Below are positions 10,990 through 21,211 of a stretch of 64,000 nucleotides of DNA, one piece after another. The first letter of the stretch is position 1; every line of letters begins with the position of its first letter. The translations under genes and the position numbers were made by a program. The notes beneath the pieces were generated by a model. That model was not told the origin of the DNA. It worked only from the letters and a program-made list of their open reading frames with translations, and did no database searches. This stretch comes from Vicinamibacterales bacterium (GTDB lineage: Bacteria; Acidobacteriota; Vicinamibacteria; Vicinamibacterales; UBA2999): assembly GCA_050250955.1 (NCBI GenBank), contig JBFWNR010000004.1:437524-501523 (forward strand), in the 5' to 3' direction.

Positions 10990-12293
10990 GCGTTCCCCCC
11001 CCTCGCCTTCGCACCGACCTGCTGGCCGTGACCGCGGCCGGTGTCGCCGCGGTGTCGCCCAGTGTGCTGGTCCCATCGGCGCTGGCCGGGCCGGGCGCCG
11101 ACATCTGTGCCGCCAGCGAGGCGGTGAGCGTGGTCGCCGTGGGGAAAGCGGCCGCGGCCATGGACCTGGCGTTTCGTGCCGCCTGGCCCGGCCGCGTGGT
11201 CGAGCGGCTGGCCATCGGCCCGGTGGCGCCGCCGACCTGGGACGACGGCGAGTGGATCACCGGCGGCCACCCGTTTGCCACCGCCGGGAGTGCCGAGGGC
11301 GGTCGGCGTGCGCTGGCGGTGGCCGGCCGGGTGCCCGCCGAGGGCGGTCTCGTGCTGCTGCTGTCGGGGGGGGCCTCGGCGCTGATGGCGGTCCCGGCCG
11401 TGGGGCTGACGCTGGAAGACAAGCAGGCGACCGCACGGACGATGATGGCGGCCGGTGCGGCGATTACCGAGTTGAACACGGTCCGGAAGCATCTCTCGGC
11501 AATCAAGGGCGGGCGGCTGGCCGCTGCCTGCGCCGGCTCGGTCGTGACCCTGGCGCTGTCCGACGTCGTCGGCGACGACCTGTCCGTGATCGGCTCCGGG
11601 CCGGCGGTCCCCGACCAGACCACATGGCACGACGCGCGCGCCGCGCTGGCGGCGTTCGGCGGTCTGGCCGGCCACGCCGCCGCCGTCGTCGCCCGTGTCG
11701 AGGCCGGGTGTGCCGGGAGGTATGCCGACACGCCCAAGGCGGATGACCCGTCGATGCGGCGGGTGCGGGCCCAGGTGATCGGCGGGCGTCGCCAGGCGAT
11801 GGCCGGCGCGGCGGCCGAAGCCGAAAGGCGCGGCTATCAGCCAGTCGTCCTCGACGCGGCGGTGGTCGGCGAGGCGCGGTACGCCGCGCCGGCGTGGTGG
11901 CAGACGGTGGCGCCGCGCGTCGCCGGGCGGGGCGGACGATTGGCGGTCATCTCCAGTGGCGAAACCACCGTGAAGGTCGGCGGACCCGGACGCGGCGGAC
12001 GCAACCAGGAGTTCGCGCTGGCCCTCGCGGTGCCGCTGGCCGACGCCGGCGTGCCGGTGATGGTGGCCTCGGCCGGCACCGACGGCGTCGATGGGCCGAC
12101 CGACGCCGGCGGAGCGCTCGTCGACAGCGGCACGCTGGCGCGGGCCCGTGCCGCGGGAGTGGTGGAACCCGCCGTCGCCCTCGATCGCAACGACAGCTAC
12201 GGGTTCTTCGCGCCGCTCGGCGACCTCTGGCAGCCGGGGCCGACCGGCACCAACGTCGGCGACCTTCAGGTGCTGCTGGTCGACGCGCCCTGA
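10986..12293 (+). CDS. Glycerate 2-kinase / hydroxypyruvate reductase family protein (DUF4147 + MOFRL)
   Basis: AVGKAAAAM, LLLSGGASALM, ELNTVRKHLSAIKGG, LALSDVVGDDLSVIGSGP, SGETTVKV..GRGGRNQEFAL and AGTDGVDGPTDAAG-like motifs. The start is uncertain. CTG 10986 (CTGA overlap with the upstream stop) keeps the conserved first helix LRTDLLAV. The first canonical start, GTG 11028, would truncate it. Confidence 0.75.
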   Translation: MSVPPPRLRTDLLAVTAAGVAAVSPSVLVPSALAGPGADICAASEAVSVVAVGKAAAAMDLAFRAAWPGRVVERLAIGPVAPPTWDDGEWITGGHPFATAGSAEGGRRALAVAGRVPAEGGLVLLLSGGASALMAVPAVGLTLEDKQATARTMMAAGAAITELNTVRKHLSAIKGGRLAAACAGSVVTLALSDVVGDDLSVIGSGPAVPDQTTWHDARAALAAFGGLAGHAAAVVARVEAGCAGRYADTPKADDPSMRRVRAQVIGGRRQAMAGAAAEAERRGYQPVVLDAAVVGEARYAAPAWWQTVAPRVAGRGGRLAVISSGETTVKVGGPGRGGRNQEFALALAVPLADAGVPVMVASAGTDGVDGPTDAGGALVDSGTLARARAAGVVEPAVALDRNDSYGFFAPLGDLWQPGPTGTNVGDLQVLLVDAP

Positions 12294-12329
12294 TAGGCTT
12301 GACCAGGCGCCGTCGCGCGCCGCTGTGCC

Positions 12330-14594
12330 GTGACCGACGACGCCCTGCTCGACGCCATCCGCCGCCACCCCGGCGGGCCCGACACCGCACGGGCGCTCGG
12401 GCAGCGACTGGCCGTGCCGGCGACGGCGCGGGCCGGCTTCCGGCGCCAGCTGAAGCGGCTGGTCGAGGCTGGCGCGCTGGTGGTGGTCGCCGGACGACGA
12501 TACGCGCTGCCCGACCGGGCCGACCTGGTGGCCGGGCGGCTGCAAGGGCATGCCGGCGGCTTCGCCTTCGTCGTGCCGGATGCCGCCGGCAGCCCCGACG
12601 TCTTCGTGCCGGAAGGCGGCCGCGCCGGTGCCCTCCACGGCGATCGGGTCGTCGCCCGCGTCGAACGGACCCGGGCCGACGGGCGCCGTGAGGGGCAGGT
12701 AGTCGAGATCGTCGAACGGCGCAGCGCCGCGGTGGTGGGCCAGTTGCGGCGCGACCGGCGCGGGGCCGTGGTGGTGCCGTTCGACGCCAGGCTCGACGCC
12801 GAGGTCCGCGTCGGCCCCGACGATCTGCTCTCGGCCGCCGATGGCGACATGGTCACCGTCGAAGTGCAGCGCTGGCCGGCCGGCGGCGCCCCGGCCGCCG
12901 GGCGGGTCGTCGAAGTGCTCGGCGACATCGACGAGCCGGGCGTCGACACCGACATCGTGCTGCGGAAGTACGGCATTCCCGAGGACCACGCGCCCGACGC
13001 GATCGCCGAGGCGCGCGCCCGCGATCGGGCCGTCGACCCGCGTGAGATCGCCGGCCGCACCGACTTCCGAACCTGGGACGTGGTGACCATCGACGGCGAG
13101 CACGCCCGCGACTTCGACGACGCGATTTCGATCGAGCGCCTGGCCAACGGCCACATCTGGCTGGGCGTGCACATCGCCGACGTCGCCCACTACGTGCCGG
13201 AGGGCAGCGCCCTCGACCTCGACGGCTTCGCGCGGGCCACATCGGTCTACTTTCCCGACCGGGCCGTCCACATGTTTCCCGGCGAACTGGCCACCGGTGT
13301 CTGCAGCCTGAACCCCCACGTCGATCGGCTCGTGCAGTCGTGTCTGATGGAGGTGGACCGGCGCGGTGAGGTGGTGCGCTACGAACTGCACGACGGGGTC
13401 ATCCACAGCCGGGCGCGGATGACCTACACGGCCGTCAACGCCATCGTCGCCGAACGCGATCCCGAGGCCCTCGCGCAGTACGCGCCGCTGGTGCCGCGTT
13501 TCGAGCTGATGCACGAGCTGTTCGCCATCCTGAATGGCCGCCGTCGCCGCCGCGGATCGATCGACTTCGACCTGCCCGAGGCCGAGGTGGTCCTCGACGA
13601 CGACGGTGCGATCGCCGCCATCGTCGCCGCCGAGCGCAATGTCGCGCACCGGCTGATCGAGGAGTTCATGCTGCTGGCCAACGAGACCGTGGCGGCGCAC
13701 CTCGAGCGCGCCGGCATGCCGGCGCTCTACCGGGTCCACGAGACTCCGGACCCGCTGCGGGTGGACGAGTTCGAGGCCTTCGTGTCGTCGCTGGGGTTCA
13801 GTCTGGCCGCGCCGCCCGGCGCGGTCCACCCGCGGCACTTCCAGCACCTCGTCGACCGGATACGCGGCGCCCCCGAGGAGCGGCCGATCGCCTTCCTGAT
13901 GCTGCGCACGATGCAGAAGGCGCGCTACGACGCCGCCAATCTCGGCCACTTCGGCCTCGCCGCTCACACCTACACCCACTTCACGTCGCCGATTCGCCGT
14001 TACCCGGACCTGGTCGTGCACCGGGTGCTGCGTGAGCTCCGCCGTGGCGAGGTGAGCGACGAGCGGCGCGCCGACCTCGAAGACTCGCTGCCAGAGGTCG
14101 CACGCCACGCCTCGGCGATGGAGCGGCGGGCCCAGGACGCCGAGCGCGAACTGCTGCAGTGGAAGAAGGTGCGGTTCATGGCCGACAAGATCGGCGACGT
14201 CTTCACCGGGTACATCACCGGAGTCGCGCCGTTCGGACTGTTCGTCGAGCTGGTCGAGCACTTCGTCGAGGGCCTGGTCCACGTCACCACCCTGGCCGAC
14301 GACTTCTACCGCTTCGACGACGAGGCCCGGGTGCTGTTCGGCGAGCGGACCCGCAAGACCTATCGACTCGGCGATGCCGTGCGCGTCCAGGTGATCCGCG
14401 TCGACCTGCAGCGGCGACAGGTCGAACTCGGCGTCGAAGACGTACTCGACGCAGTGCGCCGCAACGAGCGCCACCGCGGCCCGCGGCGCAGCGCGGCTGA
14501 CGTCGGGCGCCGGTCGTCGCCGGGCCGGGGTCAGACGCGCCGTCGCGCGCCGCGGCCCGGGCGCCGCGAGCGGGCGGGACGGCGCCGCAAGTGA
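12330..14594 (+). CDS. rnr: Ribonuclease R
   Basis: 754 aa with an N-terminal winged-helix/cold-shock region, RNB catalytic core ([36 protein letters not shown]), S1 domain ([15 protein letters not shown]) and basic C-terminal tail. GTG start. Confidence 0.9.
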   Translation: MTDDALLDAIRRHPGGPDTARALGQRLAVPATARAGFRRQLKRLVEAGALVVVAGRRYALPDRADLVAGRLQGHAGGFAFVVPDAAGSPDVFVPEGGRAGALHGDRVVARVERTRADGRREGQVVEIVERRSAAVVGQLRRDRRGAVVVPFDARLDAEVRVGPDDLLSAADGDMVTVEVQRWPAGGAPAAGRVVEVLGDIDEPGVDTDIVLRKYGIPEDHAPDAIAEARARDRAVDPREIAGRTDFRTWDVVTIDGEHARDFDDAISIERLANGHIWLGVHIADVAHYVPEGSALDLDGFARATSVYFPDRAVHMFPGELATGVCSLNPHVDRLVQSCLMEVDRRGEVVRYELHDGVIHSRARMTYTAVNAIVAERDPEALAQYAPLVPRFELMHELFAILNGRRRRRGSIDFDLPEAEVVLDDDGAIAAIVAAERNVAHRLIEEFMLLANETVAAHLERAGMPALYRVHETPDPLRVDEFEAFVSSLGFSLAAPPGAVHPRHFQHLVDRIRGAPEERPIAFLMLRTMQKARYDAANLGHFGLAAHTYTHFTSPIRRYPDLVVHRVLRELRRGEVSDERRADLEDSLPEVARHASAMERRAQDAERELLQWKKVRFMADKIGDVFTGYITGVAPFGLFVELVEHFVEGLVHVTTLADDFYRFDDEARVLFGERTRKTYRLGDAVRVQVIRVDLQRRQVELGVEDVLDAVRRNERHRGPRRSAADVGRRSSPGRGQTRRRAPRPGRRERAGRRRK

Positions 14595-16522
14595 GCGTGC
14601 CGCGCACCGTCGTGGTCGGCACCGCCGGGCACATCGACCACGGGAAGAGCAGCCTGGTCCGGGCACTGACCGGCACCGACCCCGATCGGCTGAAGGAAGA
14701 GAAGGCCCGCGGCATCACCATCGAGCTGGGCTTCGCGCACGCCGACGTGGCACCCGGGGTGACCATTTCGTTCGTCGACGTGCCGGGCCACGAACGTTTC
14801 GTGCGCACCATGCTCGCCGGCGCCGGTGGCGTCGACGCCGTGGTGCTGGTCGTCGCCGCCGACGAAGGGGTGATGCCACAGACCCGCGAGCACTTCGACA
14901 TCTGCCGTCTGCTGCAGGTGCGGCGGGGGGTGGTGGCCTTGACCAAGGCCGACGCGGTCGACGACGAGACCCTCGCGCTGGCGACCCTCGACGTTCGCGA
15001 CCTGGTCGCCGGCAGCTTCCTGGACGGCGCGCCGATCGTGCCGGTCTCGGCAGTCAGCGGGGCCGGCCTCGAGGCTCTCCGGCAGGCGCTGGCCGCGCTG
15101 GGTGACACGGTCGAGCGCCGCGATGCCCTGGGCAGCACGAGGCTGCCGGTGGACCGGGTGTTCACCATGCGCGGGTTCGGGACGGTCGTCACCGGCACGT
15201 TGGTCGGCGGGACCCTGCGGGTCGAAGACGTGGTCGCGGTGATGCCCGGACCGGGCACTGCGACCGTGCGCGGCCTCCACGTGCACGGGCGGCCGCGGCG
15301 CGACGCCGTGGCTGGCGAGCGCGTGGCGGTCAACCTCGCCGGGGTCGAGGTCGACGACGTCCCGCGCGGCGCCGTGCTGGCCACGCCGCGGTCCCTGGCC
15401 CCGACGCGGCGGGTCGACGCGCGGGTGAGCCTGCTTGCCGCCGCCGCGCCGCTGGCGCATGGGGCCCGTGTGCGGCTCCATCACGGCACCGCCGAGGTGC
15501 TCGCCCGGGTGTCCATCGCCGGCAGCGCGGCAGCCATCCCGAGCGGAGCCTCCGCCGACGTCCGACTCCGTCTGGAGCGTCCGGCCGTGGTGACCCGCCG
15601 CGACCGGTTCATTCTGCGCAGCTATTCGCCAGCGGTGACCATCGGCGGCGGCGTCGTCCTCGACCCCGACCCGCCGCGGCTGGGCTTGCGCGCGGCGCGG
15701 GCCCTGACCAGGCTCGAGGCCCTGCACCTCGGTGACGACGTGCCCGCCGACCTGCGCGCCGCCGCGGCCCGCATGCTGGAGGACGCCGGACTGGCGGGCG
15801 GGTCAGTGGGGTCGCTGGTGCCGCGGCTCGGCGCGCCCGCGGCGGCGGTTCGATCGGCGTTGGCGGCGCTCGCCGACGCCGGCCGGCTCGTCGTCGCCGA
15901 CGACTGGGCCGCGTCACGTGCCGCGCTCGACGCCGCCGGCACGGCGATGCTGGCCGCGGTGGCCGCGTTCCATCGCGCCCAACCGCTGGCGGCCGGTGTG
16001 CCGCGCGAGGAGGCGCGGGCGCGCTGGTTCGCAACCGCCGCGCCCGCGCTGGTCGAACGGGTCTTCACCGAGCTGGCGGCCGGCGGCCGCATCGTCGTCC
16101 GGGATGTCATCGCCCTGGCGGGACACCGCCTCGAACTGAGCCGGGAAGAGCACGAGGTCCTGGCGCTGCTCGAGGACCGCTTTCGGGCCGCCGGGCTGAC
16201 GCCGCCGGATGCGGCGCCGGCGGCGCTGGGCGTCGCCCTCGGCCGGCCTGCGGCCGTCGTCGACCGGATGCTGCAGCTGGCGTTCAAGCAGCGCCGCCTG
16301 GTGCGGCTGGACACCCTCGTCTTCCATCCCGAGGCGCTGGCCGGATTGAAGTCCGACCTCGCCGCACGGCGCGGCGCCGCCGCCGGCGCGACCGTGACCG
16401 TCGACGTGAAGACCTTCAAGGAGACCTACGGCATCTCGCGGAAGTTCGCGATACCGTTGCTCGAATACCTGGACAGGGAACGTGTGACGCGGCGGGCGGG
16501 GGACGTGCGGATCGTGCTCTGA
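14591..16522 (+). CDS. selB: Selenocysteine-specific translation elongation factor SelB
   Basis: GTPase motifs ([25 protein letters not shown]), domains II/III, then a long winged-helix C-terminal extension ending [30 protein letters not shown] 14591 overlaps the rnr stop (GTGA). Confidence 0.9.
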   Translation: MSVPRTVVVGTAGHIDHGKSSLVRALTGTDPDRLKEEKARGITIELGFAHADVAPGVTISFVDVPGHERFVRTMLAGAGGVDAVVLVVAADEGVMPQTREHFDICRLLQVRRGVVALTKADAVDDETLALATLDVRDLVAGSFLDGAPIVPVSAVSGAGLEALRQALAALGDTVERRDALGSTRLPVDRVFTMRGFGTVVTGTLVGGTLRVEDVVAVMPGPGTATVRGLHVHGRPRRDAVAGERVAVNLAGVEVDDVPRGAVLATPRSLAPTRRVDARVSLLAAAAPLAHGARVRLHHGTAEVLARVSIAGSAAAIPSGASADVRLRLERPAVVTRRDRFILRSYSPAVTIGGGVVLDPDPPRLGLRAARALTRLEALHLGDDVPADLRAAAARMLEDAGLAGGSVGSLVPRLGAPAAAVRSALAALADAGRLVVADDWAASRAALDAAGTAMLAAVAAFHRAQPLAAGVPREEARARWFATAAPALVERVFTELAAGGRIVVRDVIALAGHRLELSREEHEVLALLEDRFRAAGLTPPDAAPAALGVALGRPAAVVDRMLQLAFKQRRLVRLDTLVFHPEALAGLKSDLAARRGAAAGATVTVDVKTFKETYGISRKFAIPLLEYLDRERVTRRAGDVRIVL

Positions 16523-16535
16523 GGGGCGGAACGAC

Positions 16536-16712
16536 TCAGTCTTTCTTGTCGTCGTCCTTGATGCCGGACTTGAAGTTCCGGATTCCCGCGCCGATGCCAC
16601 GGCCGAGTTCCGGCAGCCGGTTGGCGCCGAAGATGAGGATCACGATCGCCAGGATGATGAGCATCTCCGGCAGTCCGATCGGGCCGAAGAGGGCGAGCAA
16701 GGTGGTGGCCAT
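16536..16712 (-). CDS. tatA: Twin-arginine translocase subunit TatA/E
   Basis: [58 protein letters not shown] shows the TM helix, FG hinge and amphipathic helix. The track ORF start at 16748 lies upstream of the predicted -10 element, so ATG 16712 is preferred. Confidence 0.85.
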   Translation of the reverse strand: MATTLLALFGPIGLPEMLIILAIVILIFGANRLPELGRGIGAGIRNFKSGIKDDDKKD

Positions 16713-16719
16713 GGCTCGG

Positions 16720-16728
16720 ATTCTAGCA
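16720..16728 (-). promoter_or_regulatory. Extended -10 element TGCTAGAAT; predicts a leaderless tatA mRNA
   Basis: The reverse strand reads ggTGCTAGAATccgagccATG. Only 7 nt separate the hexamer from the tatA ATG, and there is no Shine-Dalgarno. Confidence 0.45.
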
Positions 16729-16799
16729 CCGGCGCCGGCGGGAGGCATCCGCCGGGGCCGCTCCGGCGTCCTAACGGTAGACGCTGCGGCGCTTTGCCC

Positions 16800-16829
16800 T
16801 TGTCAGAGCAGAGAAGCGTCGGTCAGAAT
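16800..16829 (+). promoter_or_regulatory. Candidate promoter TTGTCA-N18-CAGAAT upstream of the tonB-like gene
   Basis: TTGTCA at 16800-16805 and CAGAAT at 16824-16829, about 39 nt upstream of ATG 16868. Confidence 0.3.
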
Positions 16830-16867
16830 TGAGACTGGCGCCGCCGACGTCCCAGAGCTGATCGCGC

Positions 16868-17764
16868 ATGTCCGATTCCCAGCGCACGGCCGCACCCGCC
16901 CGGCGACTGTCGCGGGCCCAGACCCACCTGCTGCTCGATCGGCCGGGTGACCCGTCGTTCGACTTCGAAGACCGCCATCTCGGCGGCCTGGTCGGGGCGT
17001 CGGTGGTTTCGCACCTGGCGATGGTGGTCGTCGCCATCCTGGTGCTGCGCTTCATGCCGCGGCCGCAGATCGCCGAGATCGTGCCCGACCGGCTGCCCGA
17101 GGAGATCGTCTGGCTGGCCGAGGAAGGCCCGGGCGGCGGCGGTGGCGGTGGCGGCGACTCGACGCCGGAGCCACCCCGCAAGGTCGAACTGCCCGGCACG
17201 GAGAAGGTGAGCGTTCCGGTCGAGGTCGAGCCGGAGCCGGTGCAGACGCCACCCAAGGAGGAGCCGCCGCAGGAGACGCTGATCCCGGCAGTGCAGACCG
17301 CGGCGGCGCCGATCGAAGCGCCCGGCGCCATCACCCCCGAGACGATCGTGGTGTCGGACAGTGCCGGGAGCGGCACCGGCGGCGGCGGTGGCACCGGCGA
17401 AGGCGGGGGATCCGGCTCCGGGAACGGCCGCGGCCTGGGGTCGGGGAACACCGCCGGGGTCGGCGGCGGCGAGTACGACATCGGCAACGGCGTGACCCCG
17501 CCGCGCGTGCTGAAGGAAGTCAAGCCGGCCTATACCGCCGAGGCGATGCGGGCCAAGGTCCAGGGCGTGGTCTGGCTGCGCTGCGTGGTGCTGCCCGACG
17601 GCACGGTCGGCCGCGTCGAGGTGGTGCGCTCGCTCGACTCCACCTTCGGCCTCGATCAGGAGGCGGTCAAGGCGGCACGCCAGTGGCGGTTCGCGCCCGG
17701 CATGCGGTTCGGCGAGCCGGTGGCCGTGCGGATCACCATCGAGCTCACCTTCACCCTGCGGTAG
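16868..17764 (+). CDS. Energy transducer TonB-family protein
   Basis: N-terminal TM (VVSHLAMVVVAILVL), Pro/Glu/Gly-rich spacer including a run of 8 Gly, and C-terminal TonB_C domain (PPRVLKEVKPAYTAEAMRAKVQGVVWLRCVVLPDGTVGRVEVVRS...AVKAARQWRFAPG). Confidence 0.8.
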   Translation: MSDSQRTAAPARRLSRAQTHLLLDRPGDPSFDFEDRHLGGLVGASVVSHLAMVVVAILVLRFMPRPQIAEIVPDRLPEEIVWLAEEGPGGGGGGGGDSTPEPPRKVELPGTEKVSVPVEVEPEPVQTPPKEEPPQETLIPAVQTAAAPIEAPGAITPETIVVSDSAGSGTGGGGGTGEGGGSGSGNGRGLGSGNTAGVGGGEYDIGNGVTPPRVLKEVKPAYTAEAMRAKVQGVVWLRCVVLPDGTVGRVEVVRSLDSTFGLDQEAVKAARQWRFAPGMRFGEPVAVRITIELTFTLR

Positions 17765-17774
17765 CATCGGCGCG

Positions 17775-18602
17775 GTGCGATCCGACGGAGCTGTCCCGGT
17801 GCGTCGATTCCTCGGTCTCGTCGTCCTGCTGTCGGCACCCGGCGCCGCGCTCGTCGGCTGCGGATCGCCGCCGGCGGTGGCGGCGACGGAGGCGGCGGGG
17901 CAGCGGCTCGGGCCGCAGCGTCTGCGCGTGCAGGTGGTCGCCTCGTATCCCCACGATCCCGGCGCCTTCACCCAGGGCCTGCTGCTGGTCGACGGGCGGC
18001 TGTTCGAGAGCACCGGGCTCGAGGGGCGCTCCAGTCTGCGCGAGGTCGACGTCGCGACCGGGCGGGTCCTGCGCCGCCTCGACGTTCCGGCGCCGATCTT
18101 CGCCGAGGGGCTCGCGCTGGTCGGCTCGCGTCTCTTCCAGCTGACCTGGAAGCACGGCCAGGCCTTCACCTACGACCGCGACACGTTCAGGCCGGGCGCG
18201 ACGTTCGACTACGAGGGTGAGGGCTGGGGGCTGTGCTACGACGGCCGCGAACTGGTGATGAGCGACGGCAGCGCCCGGCTCACCTTCCGCGGGACGCAGA
18301 CCTTCCGCACGCAGCGCGAGGTGACCGTGCGGTCGCAGGGACAGGCCATCGAACAGCTGAACGAGCTCGAATGCGTCGGCCCGCACGTCTACGCCAACGT
18401 GTGGATGACCGAGCGGATCGTCCGCATCGATCCGAAGAGCGGGGAAGTCACCGCGTTCATCGATGCCGCGAACCTGCTGGCCGACGCCGAGCGCTTCGGG
18501 ACCGACGTCCTGAACGGCATCGCCCACGATCCGAAGGACGACACGTTCCTCATCACCGGCAAGCTGTGGCCGCGGCTGTTCCGCGTCCGCTTCGTTCCTT
18601 GA
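17775..18602 (+). CDS. Glutaminyl-peptide cyclotransferase (beta-propeller type), lipoprotein
   Basis: Lipobox LVGCG, then YPHDPGAFTQGLLLVDGRLFESTG, FAEGLALVG..LFQLTWK, GEGWGLCYDG, LNELECV..VYANVW and NGIAHDP..FLITGKLWP, typical of plant/bacterial glutamine cyclotransferases. Confidence 0.85.
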   Translation: MRSDGAVPVRRFLGLVVLLSAPGAALVGCGSPPAVAATEAAGQRLGPQRLRVQVVASYPHDPGAFTQGLLLVDGRLFESTGLEGRSSLREVDVATGRVLRRLDVPAPIFAEGLALVGSRLFQLTWKHGQAFTYDRDTFRPGATFDYEGEGWGLCYDGRELVMSDGSARLTFRGTQTFRTQREVTVRSQGQAIEQLNELECVGPHVYANVWMTERIVRIDPKSGEVTAFIDAANLLADAERFGTDVLNGIAHDPKDDTFLITGKLWPRLFRVRFVP

Positions 18603-18637
18603 CGGACGCGAGCAATACGCGGCTACAGCTTGCCGGT

Positions 18638-18658
18638 GGCGGCTGGCGGCTGGCGGCT
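18638..18658. repeat. Tandem heptamer array (GGCGGCT)x3
   Basis: Three perfect head-to-tail copies, read directly. They are the inverted partner of the array at 18750-18777. Confidence 0.8.
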
Positions 18659-18704
18659 AGTCGATCACCCTGTCTCCTGTCACGCTGCGGACGTACAAGG
18701 CAAA

Positions 18705-18734
18705 GGGCCCGGCGGGGTGCTCCCCACCGGGCCC
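18705..18734. terminator. Bidirectional intrinsic terminator between the convergent cyclotransferase and groEL genes
   Basis: GGGCCCGGcGGGGtgctCCCCaCCGGGCCC forms a 12-bp GC stem with one internal mismatch. It is flanked by caaa on the left (TTTGCCTTGT on the minus strand) and tcatcgTTTGTg on the right. Confidence 0.55.
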
Positions 18735-18749
18735 TCATCGTTTGTGCCG

Positions 18750-18777
18750 AGCCGCCAGCCCCTAGCCGCTAGCCGCT
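18750..18777. repeat. Tandem heptamer array AGCCGCC AGCCCCT AGCCGCT AGCCGCT (reverse complement of GGCGGCT-type units)
   Basis: Four head-to-tail 7-mers, inverted relative to 18638-18658. Together they bracket the terminator hairpin. Confidence 0.75.
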
Positions 18778-18786
18778 GTTCGAGCG

Positions 18787-20439
<1,653 letters not shown>

Positions 20440-20736
20440 TTACTTCTCGAGCACGGCGAGGACTTCGTCCTCACGCATGATGAGGTACTCGGTGCCGTCG
20501 ATCTTGATCTCCTGGCCCGAGTACTTGCCGAAGAGGATGGTGTCGCCAGCCTTGACGTCGAGGGCGACCTTCTTGCCGTCCTTGTCGGGCTTGCCGGCGC
20601 CGACGGCGACGACCTTGCCCTGCTGGGGCTTCTCCTTGGCGCTGTCGGGGATGATGATGCCCCCGACCTTCTGTTCGCCCTCTTCGATGCGCTCGACGAG
20701 GATCCGGTCGTGCAACGGACGCAGTTTCGTAGCCAT
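20440..20736 (-). CDS. groS: Co-chaperonin GroES (Cpn10)
   Basis: [46 protein letters not shown]...[19 protein letters not shown] 20736 is preceded by GGAG. The track start at 20757 adds 7 non-conserved residues. Confidence 0.95.
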   Translation of the reverse strand: MATKLRPLHDRILVERIEEGEQKVGGIIIPDSAKEKPQQGKVVAVGAGKPDKDGKKVALDVKAGDTILFGKYSGQEIKIDGTEYLIMREDEVLAVLEK

Positions 20737-20836
20737 ATCGGGAACTCCGCTCACCAATGCCGCGGCCCGCAGCCGGGACCGCCGAAAACGGGCCCGCCGC
20801 CGCTCCGGCGGGGCCGGAGGGGGCGCGCGCTCGCCC

Positions 20837-20863
20837 TTAGCACTCCCCCCACGCGGGGGCTAG
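20837..20863 (-). promoter_or_regulatory. Degenerate CIRCE-like (HrcA-type) operator
   Basis: In gene orientation it reads CTAGCCCCC-GCGTGGGGG-GAGTGCTAA, against the consensus TTAGCACTC-N9-GAGTGCTAA. The right half is perfect and the left half matches 6/9. It lies just downstream of the predicted -10 of groES. Confidence 0.4.
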
Positions 20864-20885
20864 CACTCAAGGCACTAGACTGCCA

Positions 20886-20915
20886 AACATACCCAGCGGT
20901 CGGGACCAGTGTCAA
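20886..20915 (-). promoter_or_regulatory. Sigma70-type promoter TTGACA-N18-TATGTT for groES-groEL
   Basis: The reverse strand reads cgCTTGACActggtcccgaccgctgggTATGTTtggcagt. It lies about 150 nt upstream of the groES ATG and is followed by the CIRCE-like element. Confidence 0.5.
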
Positions 20916-20989
20916 GCGGGAGCGGCGGGCGAACCGGCGGGCCGACCAGGCGGCGGCGAACGCGGCGGGAGGCGGCGGCTGGGCGGCGG

Positions 20990-21211
20990 CTAGGCGGCCG
21001 AACTGCGCGATAGGCGGATCTTCAGCGCGGTCACCTTGCGGGTCAGGGTGTTGCGGTGCATGCCGAGGACCTCGGCGGCGCGGCTGACGTTGCCGTCGCA
21101 CGCCGCGACCACCCGGCTGATGAAGCGGCGTTCGAACTCGCGCTGGGCGTCGTCGAAGTGCACACCCCGATCGACCATCTCGGCCACGACGCGGTCCAGT
21201 TGCTCGCGCAT
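20990..21211 (-). CDS. Small Fis-type helix-turn-helix DNA-binding protein (73 aa)
   Basis: MREQLDRVVAEMVDRGVHFDDAQREFERRFISRVVAACDGNVSRAAEVLGMHRNTLTRKVTALKI carries an HTH_8/Fis-type C-terminus. ATG 21211 overlaps the purC stop (ATGA). The remainder of track ORF 20990..22138 is out of frame with purC and Arg-rich. Confidence 0.7.
   Translation of the reverse strand: MREQLDRVVAEMVDRGVHFDDAQREFERRFISRVVAACDGNVSRAAEVLGMHRNTLTRKVTALKIRLSRSSAA

Noticed and set aside
10764-14666. A 1300-aa ORF on the minus strand, the longest in the track.
   Set aside because: It lies antisense to three well-supported genes (small ORF, glycerate kinase, RNase R). The translation is Arg/Gly/Pro/Ala-rich low complexity with no motif. 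Long stop-free antisense frames are expected at this GC content.
14591-16522. A selenoprotein gene or SECIS element near selB.
   Set aside because: All neighbouring reading frames are complete without in-frame TGA. No gene is interrupted by a TGA followed by a hairpin in this window.
17132-17155. A (GGN)8 run encoding eight consecutive Gly in the TonB-like protein. Similar Gly-rich tracts occur in the MFP N-terminus and the TolC C-terminus.
   Set aside because: Low-complexity linkers are common in TonB and envelope proteins of GC-rich genomes. The codons are mixed GGC/GGT rather than a pure slippage tract. Nothing indicates phase variation.
18638-18777. A possible CRISPR or minisatellite.
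   Set aside because: The units are only 7 nt, directly abutting without spacers, and limited to 3-4 copies per arm. It is reported as a heptamer inverted-repeat structure instead.
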